Position numbers and translations under genes: made by a program. From NCBI RefSeq assembly GCF_025526975.1, contig NW_026515671.1, forward strand, positions 1,364,001 to 1,428,000: a stretch of 64,000 nucleotides of DNA, in the 5' to 3' direction. A model generated the notes under the pieces. The model ran no database searches, had not been told where the DNA came from, and was given only the letters and a program-made list of their open reading frames with translations. Origin of the DNA: Fimicolochytrium jonesii. Taxonomy: Eukaryota. Shown here piece after piece: positions 38,387-51,591 of this stretch. Numbering within the stretch: position 1 is the stretch's first letter; each line of letters starts with the position of its first letter.

Positions 38387-39806
38387 TCAGTTCCCGTAGT
38401 CGGCGGTGAGATACTGATCTCGCCTTTCGTTGATGAATCTGCGACAAATCACCAATTGTCAACACTCCCTCGCCCGCCCAGTATCCGCCACGACTCTGAC
38501 GCCATAAAAGCGGCACTCACAATAGTATATCATTAAAGTGCTGCTGAAACATCTCCGCGGTATCCTTGTCGGCTCCCACTCGTGCAACGAGGGAGGGTAA
38601 TCGCACTACCGCAAAACAAAACAATTGCGTAAATCACCTACCCATCCATTTCCATTCCGTCGGCGACTCCCCAAATGCGACTCACCAAACAATCTAAGCA
38701 AATGCTCCGCGCCATAAATATCACACGCAGCCTTGCCTTCTAAGGACTTCTTGACGTGGGCGTTGTATTGCGCGCGTTCGGAGCGGTAGAGGAGGATGTT
38801 CTTCAGGCCTGTGTTGAAGCTGAGAGGGATTCATGGTGAGGCCAATCACTAGAGTGCGTGCATGTGTGAGAACGCTTACTAAAGTTTGAGCCCTTGCAGC
38901 ACACTCCGCAGCTCGTCCATCGATGTATCCCCGGATTCGGAGGAGTAGTTCTCGTAATCTTCGAGGATTTGGGTTACGCTTGGGTCTCGTGGTAGGGTAA
39001 GTAACTGGAAGAGAGGCCACGGCGACGTGAATTGAACGCCCTTTCCTAATGAAGCGGGCCCCCCTCTTGACGCAATTACCGAGTGGTCTTTCGCAACGTG
39101 CTGATACTCGTCCCGCAAGTGCTCCTTCAGGTGTCGCGGCATGTCCAGCTTGAGATACGGTGCGTCGTGGGATAGATCTTCGTCCGGTGACTGATCCGCA
39201 AAAGGAAGCAAGCAAGCGAGAAACGTCGTAAGCTTCGCTTGTCCCACAACTCTTCCATGCATTTCTCTTGCTCCCCACCAGTTTCCGCCAACCATACCTT
39301 CAAAATCGAATCCCTCCTCCTCTTCCTCGCACTCTCCATCCCGCCCACCGCGGACCCCGCCGAGCCCTTCCTCACCCCACCCTCCACCTCGGGTGCAATA
39401 CTCTGCCTTCGCCGTCCTGGCCTCGTCCCTGTGCCCGTCGGCGCCAGCGTCTTCTGCAACTCCTTCTGTTTCGCCAGATTTGTCTTATTCCACTCCAACG
39501 TCCGTGACGCGGGCACCCAGTCGTCCCATGATTTGTTCCACCCGACGAAATGGACTTTGTAGTGCGGGCCGCTGGAGTCGGGGTTCTTGGGGTCTGAGGA
39601 CTCCCAGTAGGCAGCGTTCAGGACCCGGGCTTCGTAGAGGAGGGGCCCGTGGTAGCATAGGATGATGTCGTCTGTGGTGTGAGATGTCCATAGACGATGT
39701 TGTTAGTGATCTGCGATCCCCCGATCGACCAGCTAGGGAACGCAGTCGAAAGCGGAAATGCGAAGATACCCTTTGCGTAAACGAGCCGTCGATCCCGCTC
39801 AGCCAT
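38387..39806 (-). CDS. EAF3: Eaf3/MRG15 chromatin protein (chromo-barrel plus MRG domain), multi-exon
   Basis: 'ILCYHGPLLYEARVL...YKVHFVGWNKSWDDWVP', 'KLDMPRHLKEHLRDEY', 'LLTLPRDPSVTQILEDY', 'DIYGAEHLLRLF/VRLPSL'. Confidence 0.92.
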
Positions 39807-40448
39807 CGATCACAAGAAATCTATATTCAGCGCATACGTCGTGCCAGAGTTCCAGGATAACTCCTCCCTTGACAAGACGGTGGGTGCCCTTTCCTTTCGT
39901 CCTTGCGTCTGCAAGTCGGCCACGGCGACGCGATGTATCCAAGATGAGGTCACGATGAGGGTATCGTCAATCGTACGGTTGCTGCAGGGAAGTCCTGGTA
40001 GTCTAATATTTTCTGCGGGAATTATTGGCAGTGCGCGCTCGGGCACGGGACGCTGTAGCGATGCAGCGGCGGTCTCGAAAGGTGTTCTGCAATGCTCAAG
40101 ACCGCAATTGCAAGGTTTCAAAAGTCAGCTGGACCCTGAAGTGAGAAAAAACGCGGGAATATGTGATCGGCAAGTCCACTGCAGAACACGAATTCCAACA
40201 CCCTCAGTGGACCCGATCCTATATGCCCAGAGGGAAGTTGCATATCAAAAAATCTCGTACGTATGTATTCAGCACGATTATCAAGAGCAGGGATCATCGA
40301 ACTAAGCAGGGCAGGGATGTAGTGCAACAAACAAGAGAAAGGAGGGCTGGGCATATACATCAAATACCACATGCTAAAAGCGACATAAGTATAGGTCAAA
40401 GATCGTAGCAAAAACTTCCGCGCGCGAACGGGGTAGTGGGTGACGCTG

Positions 40449-42439
40449 CTACAATCCAGCTTCGGGGTTGGGCGGTAATACCTTGACCCCCGCCTTCTGC
40501 CGCAACTACCAAGTGAAAAGAAAGTGGGGTCTGTCAGGGTACTGCGTCTGAAGATGGATCAGTGGCAGAGACAGGGGAGACCTACCATGTACATTCTCTT
40601 CTTTTCCTTGGCCACAAGTAAGAGATCCATGACCTCTTCTTTGCTGCCCCGTTCGCAAGCCTGAAGGACTTGGTCTTGGAGGTCGCGGAATTCTGTACAT
40701 TGGGCTTTTGTCTGGGAAAGGCGCGAGGCGGTTAGTAGCCCATAGAGGTGATTTTTGATAATTCAATGAGAACATACTTTGAACAACTCGCACAGATCGT
40801 CTATCGTCTCCGCATCCTGCACACAGTCCTTGGTCTTCTCCCACTGATCGGGATCTATCACGCACTTGACATCGGATCCCTTCGTTTCGTTTTGCTCGAA
40901 GAGATCGCCTGCCTGCCATGGTGGCGTGTAATATTGCGCAGACATCTGCGCTGATGACGGTGAGTGGGTTGACTGGACGGATTGAGGGGAGAAAGGTTGC
41001 TGTGCGAGTGCTGCTTGCGGGGAGAATTGCATCGTGGACGTCATGCCCATTTGCGGTCCTCGTGGTTGCTGGAATGGGATCTGCGTTTGTGCTTGCATCT
41101 GCAATGGCACTGTTGTTCCGACATTCTGTTGCTGTGGTTGCTGTCGTTGTGGTACTGTCGCCGGTCGTGTGACCCCGGTGAGGTTCAAGAACTCATCGAA
41201 ATCGGCATCTGCTAGATTGTTGTCGGTAGTGAACGGGTTTGTGAAATTCGCGGTGAACGGCTGTTGTCCCCGGACGCCTTGGTATGGCTGCGTATACGCG
41301 GGCGCTGTTGACATCGAATATTGCGGTGCAAACTGTGCAGTCGAGCCATATGGCTGTGTTGCTGGCAGATCATCGACAAAAGAGAACTGTGTTAGCGGCA
41401 ACCCCGCAATGATACTGTCAAGATCACTGAAATCTTGGGCCGATTGGCTTTCCAGATCCGACGTCATTGACAGTGTGGAGCTATGAATGTCGTCGAAGAG
41501 AGCATAATTGGTGTTGTTATCGTCCCTTATCAGGGGTGTCTCGAGCGTCTTCACCGAGAACGGCGACGTATCCAGTTGCGAACCATCGTCCAAGTTAACG
41601 AGCGAAGTTGGGGAAATAGGCATTCCAGCCGACGACGCTGTGGCCGTGCTTGCTGGAGCCATTGCTGATAGAAAATCGTAATTGTTGAAATCGTAATTTA
41701 CTCCACTGTTGATTTCTGGCGCTTCATTCGGCTTCGTGTTCGAGCTTTGGGTGATGTCACTGCCTGGGATGTCGAATGTAAACGACATTTGACGTAACGC
41801 CCGGTTCTCGCTTTCTAGCTCCGAAATTTTTTGCCTCAGGCGAGTGTTTTCTCCCACCAGAACTCCGCCTTCGATCTTCCCTTGCGCATCTTCCAATTGC
41901 GCCAACCGCTCCTCTAGCTCTTTGACATATCGCTCCTTTCTCTCACGAAATGCACGTTGGGCTGCTCGATTTTGCGCTGTCCGTTTGTTTGCTGGCTCGG
42001 TTGTGGCTGGCTTACGGCCTGGCTTCTTTTTGATCTTCGTTGTGGAGCCCGCGTCAGAGTCTAAGTATGGAGGGAGACAATGAGATTTCATCCCCTAAAC
42101 TTCCCCGGTGTCGCTGCAGACCGCTAGGGCATGTACGCTTACTTGATGCGCCGCGGGCCGCGGGTGAGTGCAGATTTGAGATCTGAGAGTCTACAGTGGC
42201 AATCTCGTTAGCAATTGAATGGACTCACAACTGAACACAGATGCTTCGCTCATACCTAGAGAGTCGCTAGAATTCCCATCGCCTGTTGGCAAATGTGACA
42301 TGTTCTTCCTTTGTCCTCCTTCCTGGTCCGCTGCTCGCTTCTTCGAAGCGAAATTAACTCCGGTCCCGTCATATATTGACTGAAATAGGGCCGGATTCAA
42401 GTTTGTGCTTGCCACAAACGGGGCCTGTGGAGACATCAT
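40449..42439 (-). CDS. YAP1: Fungal AP-1-like bZIP transcription factor (Yap1/Pap1 family) with a C-terminal cysteine-rich domain
   Basis: 'KKPGRKP...KRTAQNRAAQRAFRERKERYVKELEERL' and the spliced c-CRD 'IDDLCELFK/TKAQC'. Confidence 0.85.
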
Positions 42440-44513
42440 GTCTGATAATCAGCGGATAGACGGGAGGTAAGGCTGAGAGGAAATCGAGCGTTCAATTGAT
42501 GGGAGGCTATGTGTTTGCTTCTCTTAGCCACACTCCGGAGAGAAAACAAGCTACTGAAGTCAATGAGTGGAGTATCGGTGTGCTAGTACTGGCGCAAGGC
42601 GGCACCGCCGACCAGAAGAACGTCGTCTCCCAGAAGTGCAGTAGGCGACGAGTGGCGAAGGGAGACGGTCCTAAGTGCGCTCACAGGACCGTAAACGCAA
42701 CCTCTCTCGCTCGAAAACGAAATTTTCCCAGAAGTGGGATCGAAAGAGCGGACGGTGAACTCTGGCTGCGGCTTTGTTGCAATACCGAGAATGAGTAGAG
42801 TTACTATTCGTATTCCCCGGATCGAGGGAAGTCTGGACGTCCCGAAAGTCGATTTTACTGCAAGTGTGTAAGTTGGAGTAGGCGTCAGTGACGCACGTTG
42901 AACGTAAGTCGATGCTCAACAGTTCCGTTCCGATAATCGTCCTTTCTTCCGACGAGCGTGGCGATATGGTCGTCGTCTAGTAGACAGATGCTCGATTGCC
43001 CCTGGACGGTGTATGCCTTCCCGAGTATCTTACAGTTGGGGGGAGTGGAAGTGCAGGTGTTCTGTTCGTATTTGTGCGAAGCGTGGGAAACGAGTTGCCT
43101 TGGCCTTCGTTCCGATGGCTGGCTGGTTCATTCTTGCTCCGAGCAGAGCGAGTCACAATGTTTGTAGTAGCGAGCGGGGACGACTGGCGGAAGCGGAACG
43201 AACGGCTTGCTGATCCTCAAAACACCCTCAAACCGCTCTTTGTCTGTTTACCAGCGGCACGTCCGTTAATTACCATTTTTCCTTCGTTATGTATTCGTCA
43301 GGGCTGTATTGACAATTCGACAGGCCCCACGATTTTCCTGGCCTCCTCGGCATTTTGGGGCTCCTGCGAGTTGAGGCTCCCCCCCAAACATGGCCGAAGG
43401 CACCCCATTTTTCGCACCTTTAAACAGGGGTAGCACATACGGCAAAAGCTACTCCCCTGTAATGGAAGCCAACAGGCTGAAAGAGGCACGTTGCTGGGTT
43501 TATTTTGCCCCACGTCAACTATAGAGACGGACCTATGAGGGTATATCTGTACATGTATATGATGCTGGATATGTCACGAAGAACATCACATCGTCGGTGA
43601 AAGTCCTTCACATAACCATCCATGTCTCCCCTCATGCATGCAGGTGGGGCCCGCATCATCGTCACGCCACCCATGAGAAGCCATCACCTGCGATCCCCGA
43701 CGCTCCTCTTTCCATACCAGCTCCTTTTGATCATTCCGCCAAGATCAACACGTTCATCATTCATCTCCAGTCGGCAAGCGGGGCTCCAATTGTAGTAACA
43801 GAATTTGCCCTGGCGCACTCCAATCATCCCGGATTTACTGCGGTGTTTTGATGGTCCCCACGTCCTTTGCTTGTTCAAGTCGCTGTTGTGTGTTGAATAC
43901 TCCCGCCTCGTCAGATTTTAAGGGCTTCCAGAGCTGTTTGATCGAAGCTAACATCCCCGTTCAAGGCCAAATCCCGAGTCATTGCTAACGCCCACCGCCC
44001 TAGTCCAACTGGATTCTGTGTCGTTTTGTATATGTAGTTTACGCTCTTCGTAGAAACCCAGGCGGTTGGCGAGCCCTGGCAATATGAGCAGAGTAGCCAG
44101 AAATCGCAAAACGAACAATGGAACCGGGACCGCTGCGTTCTTGTTGCAGTGGGACCGTACTGCTCCGGCTACCGAAAGTGACAGACACCCTGCACCACAT
44201 CTTGTAAGATTGCCAACAGTCCAGACCCCGAAGTGTTGCCTTCCAAAGCTTCGGCGAGATGCACAAGGACCAACCGACAGCCGACTAAGAGCAGACGAAG
44301 AAGCCCGCAAGGTGAGACACCGTCCCAACGAGATGGTGCAAAGCCACCAGATCTGACTTGCAGATGAACCTGAGAGAAGGGTCGCAAGTCGGTTGCAAGG
44401 GCTGAGACGCGCGCGTTCTGTCTTCCAAGTAGTCCAAGTCTGAGTCCAAGTGCGGGGCTTCCTGCAGACTTCGCCAAGTTCCTCGGCATCTCCTGCGAAG
44501 GACTAACCAAACA

Positions 44514-45927
44514 ATGAGCAACTTATTGGGCCTAGCATATGGCGACAGTGACAGCGACACGTCTGAGCCGGATAACGGGCGGGAAAGCAACCGTCCAGCA
44601 CAAGCTTCGGAGGTGCGTTTTTGGCGACCGAGTGTTCAGCTCTAGTTGGAAATTGACTGTCTTTCTCTCCACGACAGCCGAAAAAGGAAGGTAGGCACCT
44701 CGTTGTTACAGGTGAGTTCTGAACCTGTGTTTGGTATAACTTGCGTTTTCAAGCCCTTTCTAATTGCGCGCAAATTCCCCTTCCAAGAAGTCGGAGAACG
44801 AAAGCTCGAAAGCAACTCATACTATGCGGAAAACTAACTCGACACTCCTGAAAGTGCAGTTACATCGGAAGTACGAAACGGTAGATCCGGAGATGGTATC
44901 ATTAGGCGGCCGCCGCCTGTAGGCGTGTCAGGTGAAAGCACCCCCGGATCGATACCAGGAAACCCGAACCAACAACATCTGAATCGGAGCACAGCCTCGT
45001 CTCGCTCTTCGCCGACGAATGAGTTCGAAGGTGCTTCGGGGTCCGGTAGAGGACCCCATAGCAGGGTTTATCTGCAGGGCACGTATAAAGAGAGGAAAGT
45101 GCACGAGGCTCAGACGGGGGATGAAACGACGAGATCGGAAACGTTGCGGGCGTTACTGAGGCCGGCTGGGTTTGTTGACGATGACGAGATGGATATTCCG
45201 TCAGAGCCGGACGGGGAGCCGAATCCCATAACCCAGGTATGCTTGCGAACCTGGCGTATCTTCTTTCGACCGCCGAATGGGCATTGTCTGATAGTCTTCT
45301 CCATCGACTGTGCAGGCGAAGATCGAGAAATGGTTGGCAATAAAGGCGTCTGGCACGCATTTCAACGACCGACTAGAGCAGACGCATGCATTCCGCAATC
45401 CTTCGATCATGAGCAAACTGATCGAGTACCTGGATCTCGATGAGCTGGGCTCCAACTATCCGAAGGATATATTCGACCCACATAGCTTCCCGAAGGAGGC
45501 ATTCTTTGATCAGATTGGTGTGCGTCGTTTCCAAAAGCTGTCTCAACGCTACCGTCAATACTTATCCGGATTTCTACGCTTCTCATCAGCGCAAGCACAA
45601 GACACGCTTCAACAGCAACAACAACAATTCGCCGCATCCTCCATAGCAGGCCCCAACGCGAATCCACAGCTGGCTGCAGCGGTGGCAAAAGCCCAGCAAC
45701 GCGCTATCCAGTTTGTCTCAAATGTAAATAGATCCACTCCAGCGACAGCAAACAAGCCGCTACCAACGGCATCACAAGCAGGTATGCATGCGCGTTTGGC
45801 AGATTGGCATTGTATGTCGACACGAGACCTGTCTGAAGCGAATTGTGAATTTTTAGCACCCGCTCCTGGCAAGAAGAGGTCCAAATGGGATCAGCCGGCT
45901 GATGCCGCGACTAAGAAACGAAGATAA
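44514..45927 (+). CDS. SAP30BP: SAP30-binding protein / HCNGP-like protein, multi-exon
   Basis: N-terminal 'MSNLLGLAYGDSDSD'; 'HFNDRLEQTHAFRNPSIMSKLIEYLDLDELGSNYPKDIFDP'; C-terminal 'KKRSKWD'. Confidence 0.9.
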
Positions 45928-46195
45928 GCGGCTGAAGTCGGTGCGCATGGGCCGAGATCTTCGGATGTGTAAATACTGTACATACGAAGAAATACACGAG
46001 TTTCCGTAGCGATCCTCAGTGTAGATGTTCAGGGTAAAGATGAGGTGGAGCGTAACACATGCGAGCTCGAAGATCGGACGATCAACCACACCGCTGCGAC
46101 ACATACGGAGAATAGCTTCTGTCGAAATCATCATTATACTCCCGTCCGTAAATAAAGCAACGCAGGCTCTAACGCTGCCATACTACTGAAATATG

Positions 46196-48985
46196 CTAAT
46201 GCTGTCTACGAATTATCGGTCCATCTGTCGTCTTCTTCTCATCTAGCATACCCCTTGCGCGGCAGCCTGTGCTTGGAGTTTCCGTTTCAGAGCAATCTGC
46301 TGGTCCCAGAAATGCTCGAGCGAGCGGCGCATTTCGAACTTTTGACGTTTCGTGTTGCCGACGTCTTGTGATAACCTGCACAGATATGGTCGTTAAATGT
46401 GGAATGAGGAGATCACTGGCCACGCCTGCGATCTTACTCGTCCTTCGAAGCCTCCAACTTCCTTAACGCCAACTGCCTCTCCCCATCCGCCAGCCTCCTC
46501 TCATGCTCCTGCTTCTGCCTAACCAACGCCAACTGCTCCTGATACAGCTGTTTCGCCTTCTGCTTCTGATACAAGATCATCAAGCTCTCGCTTCGCGCCA
46601 TCGGATTTGGCAGCGGGTTGCTGTCCACGTCGGCTACGGGCGCCTCGCCGGACCCGCCGCTTGCCCGGCCGGCGGCAGCTCGTTGTTGTTTGTGCCGGAT
46701 CTGGTCGGCGAGGGCTTCTTGTTGGTGGGCGCGTTTGCGGAGCTTGTCGAGGTGGGCTTCGATTTCGGATTTGCGGATGCTATGACAATACGAGAGGTTT
46801 GCGTTTGGTTAGCGGAATCTGATGAGAGATTCGGCGTTGTGCCGCAGAAGAATTGGGGATAGCGTTGGTGCAAACTCAACTCTTCAATCAACTTCTGGTT
46901 CAAGACCTCGTTCTGATATTGCTGATGGAGTCGGTCATGGGCTTTCTGAATTTGCTTCGAGACCATCTACATCAAGAGAAGCCCGTCAGAGGTTTTCCTT
47001 CAATGCTCATCTGAAAAGACATGTATATCAGAGTACCTGTTCCCGCAATATGGTTGCGATCCGATGTGCCGATTCTGGCGGCTCAGCGCCTGGATCCCGG
47101 TTCTCAAAGATGTTATTGACGGGCAGCACCCTTGCCGCCTGTTTTTGCTGTGCAGCCTGACGATGAACCAAAATAGTCAGCTAGATCACTCGCGAGCACG
47201 AGTAAGCATCTCCCAAGCATACCATCTCAGCCGCCGTGTTCCTATTGAACTGTGCATCGCTCATCGCCCGCGCCTTCTTCGCCCATTCCAACTCCTACAA
47301 TCACCGAAAAAATCGCCCCGTCAGCATCGCACACGGAAACATCTTCAACTCATCCCGACCCAACCTTAGCTCTACACAGAAAGTCCTGATCCAAATCCAA
47401 CGACAACTGCAACAGCAGCCGATCCTGCTCCTTCTCCCTCCTCGCTTTACTGTGCCGCAGTTCCAGCGGAGGGATTTTGTTGGAGCGACATACGGGACAG
47501 CTGGCGTCGCTCCATTGGCGGTCGCCGGAGTGCGTGTGTGAGTGTGTTCCCACTGTCGTGTAGAATCGGGGTCAGTTCGCGCTCGGAATCCTTGCGAATC
47601 TTTCATTGCAAATGTGATCTAACCTGACTTGACCGAAAACTCCAACAACCCCTGTTTATCCAGCTTCCCAACCGCCAACAGTCTGGACCCTACCGCCTTC
47701 TCTTCCGGCGCAGGAGAAGGCGGAGCAGGCGGAGCTGTCGGAACAGGCGGAATGGGCGGCGATTCGGTTTTTTTGAGGTACCCCCGCGATATGACATGCA
47801 AGTCTTCGGGGTTCGATGGTGCGCGGGAACTGGCTGATGCTGGTCGACTTTGGACGGCGGAGGCGGGGTCGCTGGGCGGTTTAGGCACGAGGATGTCCTT
47901 GTCGGAAGATGGATCCGACTTGGGGTCGGCTTTTTGTGCTGATGTTGTTTCGGATTCTGCGGATGCTGATTGATCTTTGGCATCTGTTGATTGTGCGGGC
48001 TGTTGGGTGTCGGCGGCAGATGTGCTGTGAAGAGACGATATCAGCTTCTGCGCTCATTCCCAGCTTCAAAAGGCTGACAACATCTCTCACCTTACTCCCT
48101 GCCCCAACGCGGGCTTTCCCTCCCTCGTCTGATCGCTCCCATTCAGCTTGGTCAAAAAGTCCGCCGAAAAGCTAAAAACATCCCCAGAAGTCAGATCCCC
48201 TTCCACATCTACATGCAAACCGCTCTCCCTCCTTTACCTGAAACGAAGATTCCCCTCCTTAAACACCAGCCTCCCAATCCCGTAAAACGGCAACACCACC
48301 GTCGCCCCCCTCTTAATCACCCGAATCACTCCATGGGTGATATCTTTGATCCCCACTTCCAGCGTTTCGCGCGGGACGCCGCTGTGCAGCGCGCAGGCTG
48401 AGAAGTTGAATGGGTCGGGGGGTGGTGCGCCTGAGGTGAGAGTCCATGTTAGTCAGCGTTCCTGATGCACAGGGCTGTGATGCGATATCTACCATCTAGG
48501 GTCGATGGCGGCTGAGTCACCTGGTACCCCCGGACTTTCGCCCACCCGCGTGATGGGATGAAGTATGGAATGTACCGATGTCCGCCGGCGGGACCTTTGT
48601 TCTGAGCTTTGCGGACGTGGAATGCGCCGTAGCCTGGTAGTATTAACGACTGAAGGGGACTCGAAATGTGAGCTGTTGATAGGCATACGAAGTCATGGGA
48701 CATCCGCTCTGTTACCTGTTGCCGATGACCCTTGCCAGCGAGCGCCGACTCTACAAATCCCATCAACTCTCTCCAAAGGTCCAGCAGTTCTGAATGAAAA
48801 TGTATAAATACTAATCTTAGCAAACAACAACTTTCCCACGGCATCCGCCTCAAAACAGCCCCCGCCTTCAAGAAATCAAACTTCTGGAACCCCTTACCAT
48901 ATTCGGACAAAACCGAGAAGCGTCTCGCCTTGGGTATAACCTCACTAACGATCTGCACAATATTCTCGATCCCAAACCTGTCCAT
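46196..48985 (-). CDS. CCDC81: CCDC81-like protein (two HU-like domains plus C-terminal coiled coil), multi-exon
   Basis: Spliced 'ELLDLWRELMGFVESAL...LILPGYGAFHVR...IPYFIPS' and 'PFNFSACALHSGVPRETLEVGIKDITHGVIRVIKRGATVVLPFYGIGRLVFKEGNLRF'; coiled coil 'YQKQKAKQLYQEQLALVRQKQEHERR'. Confidence 0.72.
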
Positions 48986-49698
48986 GGCGAGATACGAAAA
49001 GCCGCCCAAATGCTTCAGTGGATGCGGGCCAAGTAAAGGCCACCAAACGACGATATCCAGCTGGTACTGGAATAGCTGCAACACGATGGACTCAAGTGAA
49101 AAGCCACGAATGGGGCACATCCAAAACCCAAACCACGGATTGACAGCCTGTTTGGACTGACGTGGCGGCGTTCGAGTCGCGCTGTCGATTGTGTCCGGGG
49201 CATTTTCCGGCTTATCCTTCCTTTTTCTGCTAGGTTATGCTTGACCGTGTTTGGAATGCGCTTACAAAGAAAGCTCCTTCTCTGGAATACTTCCTCCACT
49301 TCTAGGCCGGATTCCTCTAATCGAATTTTTTCACTTGTTTGCCAGATACAAACCGGGCCTGAGCTCCAAAACTTGGCCTAGGCTTGCTTCATTTAGCCAT
49401 GAGTGCCGCCCGATCGCACTTCCGATTTCTATGTACGATTTCCACCAAGGTAGAGCAGAATATCTTTGACGCAGCGGACAGCAGACCATACAGTGAGAGA
49501 TTGCATTGAATTATATGTACGTAAGTGTGCATATGCTACGAGTCAGGGAGATATGAAGCCAGCGGCAAGGTAAGGTAATATTGAAATCTATAATAATTTG
49601 CGGTTGACCACATATGTATCCCGGCCAAAAAAAGGCAAGTATTGAGCACGAATTGTAAATGGAGAGGGGATGGTTCAAACACCCCCTGATTCTAGTGG

Positions 49699-51591
49699 TC
49701 ATGCAATGACAGACAGCCGAGGCGCCTTTGAGTTGGACCGGCCGCGTGATGTGGCGGTGGATGTGACGACAACAGGAGCGGCGGCGTCTACGGATGCCAC
49801 AGGCGAGGGAGAAGCCGCCGGTCGTCGTGCGTGCGAGCGGAGCTTCATGTTATGCGGTGGCGACGATTTTACGGATTTGGGGGTGTTCACAAAGGATTGT
49901 GGTGGGCTCTGAAATTCGCCTGATACGGACATAGGCGGCTGGGACGGGATAGACCCGCACGCTTCACGTATCCGTTCCATGATCAGACGGAGGAAGGGGA
50001 GGCGGAACAGCATTTCGCCGTGGTTCTGCTCGTCGTGGTAGATGACATCTACGGGGTTTCTGTACCCGTCCATTTCGGCGCAGGTGTCGAGGTAGAGTTT
50101 GACTCGTGGGGAGGGGACGATGGCGTCGACGCCGGAAAGGGAGACGACGTGTTTCAAACCATCTTGTGGGTGGGGGAGGTTGTCATAGAACAGGATGTTT
50201 TTGCTCCAGTGGAAGTGTCTACTGAGCGAGTTGGCGATGTACATCTCGCGGGAGACGAAGTATTGCATGATCAGCTCCAGGGAGTTGGACGGCGGGCGGT
50301 GGAGGAAGTTGTAGGCGATGGTAGGGTCGCAGAGGACAAAGGTGACGGGGTCGAGGAGGACGACGGAGCCTACGCGTTGGCGGTGCGATTCCGACCGAAG
50401 CATCCACGCGACCGCGATCGTGCCAAGACTGTGAGCGACGAAAGTAGCTTTCTCCTGCTGATCCGTATCCAACATCGCGACCAAGAATGCCATAGTTTCT
50501 TCGATGGTAGGCACTTCCTCCGTCAGTTGCATGGAGACGTGCGGCCATTCGAGGAGGTAGACGGGGACATTGCGGGGCAGGCAGAGCAGGAACGGGACGT
50601 ATGCAGCGAACCCGATTCCGATCCCGTGGATGAACACGATAGGGAGAGCACCTTCGGGCATAGGCTCTTTGGCCGGGCGGTAAAGGTACGTCAGCTTTCC
50701 GCTTCCAGGCACATGCTTGCGTTGCAGTTCACGTAGGCGGAATCCGATACCTCGCAGGAGTAAGTGCGAGAGGGCGTTGACGGATTTGCACACTATGTAG
50801 TAGATGAGAGGACGGTGGGTCGCCTGCACGGCGTCCAGAGTGAGCCGAATGCATTTCAAGTCGGGATTGTTCCCGGGCGGGAAGGAATGCTCGCAAGCTC
50901 GCTCAATGATCTTGGTGAGCTTATCCACCTGATGCCTGTTCTCCTTGTCCAACAACGCCAAATCCTCGTCCAAGAACGCCCACGCGACCCAACTCTGAAA
51001 GTTCTCCCTCTTGATGGAGAAGAAGTCGGCGCCAAGGAACCACCCCTCAATCACTTTCCGCAAATAGTCTATCCGCGCCTGGTGATCTGTGGTGTTGCGA
51101 CCGGTAGATGCCAACTGGAGGGCATGCATGCATTTGACGACGAGGTCTTCCCGGGAGGTGTAATCGTGCGTTGCGTGATAGGACGGTTTGCGAAGCTGGA
51201 GCCGCTCGACCGTTCCAATGTACCAGGGGAACCACAGCGCTTCTCCCAGCATCCATGCTGACAGTACAGAGAACGTAATCTTCCTCGCCAAAGTGCTTGC
51301 GACGGTTTCATAGAAAAGTACTGGTTGGGACCATCGGTACTGCAAGATAGTAGAATATTTAGCGTTGAGGTCTCGAAACGTCCAAACAATATCGCTTGCA
51401 CTCACATAAAGAACCGTTCCAAAGTACAGATACGCCAACGGCGTTACCGCTCGTATAATCAGAATAAGCACCTGCCACAGCCTGTACACGACAGACCGCC
51501 CTTCCGAATGAACCTCAGCTTCCGCCGCTGCCGGCTCTGTCCTCCTTTTCTCTTCCCTCTTCACGGTGCCGAATCGCGGCGCAGCACCCAT
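49699..51591 (-). CDS. Membrane-anchored alpha/beta-hydrolase fold protein (630 aa, intronless)
   Basis: N-terminal hydrophobic segments; 'PIVFIHGIGIG', nucleophile elbow 'AHSLG', 'VVLLDPV', 'GVDAIVP', 'NHGEML'. Confidence 0.9.
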   Translation of the reverse strand: MGAAPRFGTVKREEKRRTEPAAAEAEVHSEGRSVVYRLWQVLILIIRAVTPLAYLYFGTVLYVSASDIVWTFRDLNAKYSTILQYRWSQPVLFYETVASTLARKITFSVLSAWMLGEALWFPWYIGTVERLQLRKPSYHATHDYTSREDLVVKCMHALQLASTGRNTTDHQARIDYLRKVIEGWFLGADFFSIKRENFQSWVAWAFLDEDLALLDKENRHQVDKLTKIIERACEHSFPPGNNPDLKCIRLTLDAVQATHRPLIYYIVCKSVNALSHLLLRGIGFRLRELQRKHVPGSGKLTYLYRPAKEPMPEGALPIVFIHGIGIGFAAYVPFLLCLPRNVPVYLLEWPHVSMQLTEEVPTIEETMAFLVAMLDTDQQEKATFVAHSLGTIAVAWMLRSESHRQRVGSVVLLDPVTFVLCDPTIAYNFLHRPPSNSLELIMQYFVSREMYIANSLSRHFHWSKNILFYDNLPHPQDGLKHVVSLSGVDAIVPSPRVKLYLDTCAEMDGYRNPVDVIYHDEQNHGEMLFRLPFLRLIMERIREACGSIPSQPPMSVSGEFQSPPQSFVNTPKSVKSSPPHNMKLRSHARRPAASPSPVASVDAAAPVVVTSTATSRGRSNSKAPRLSVIA

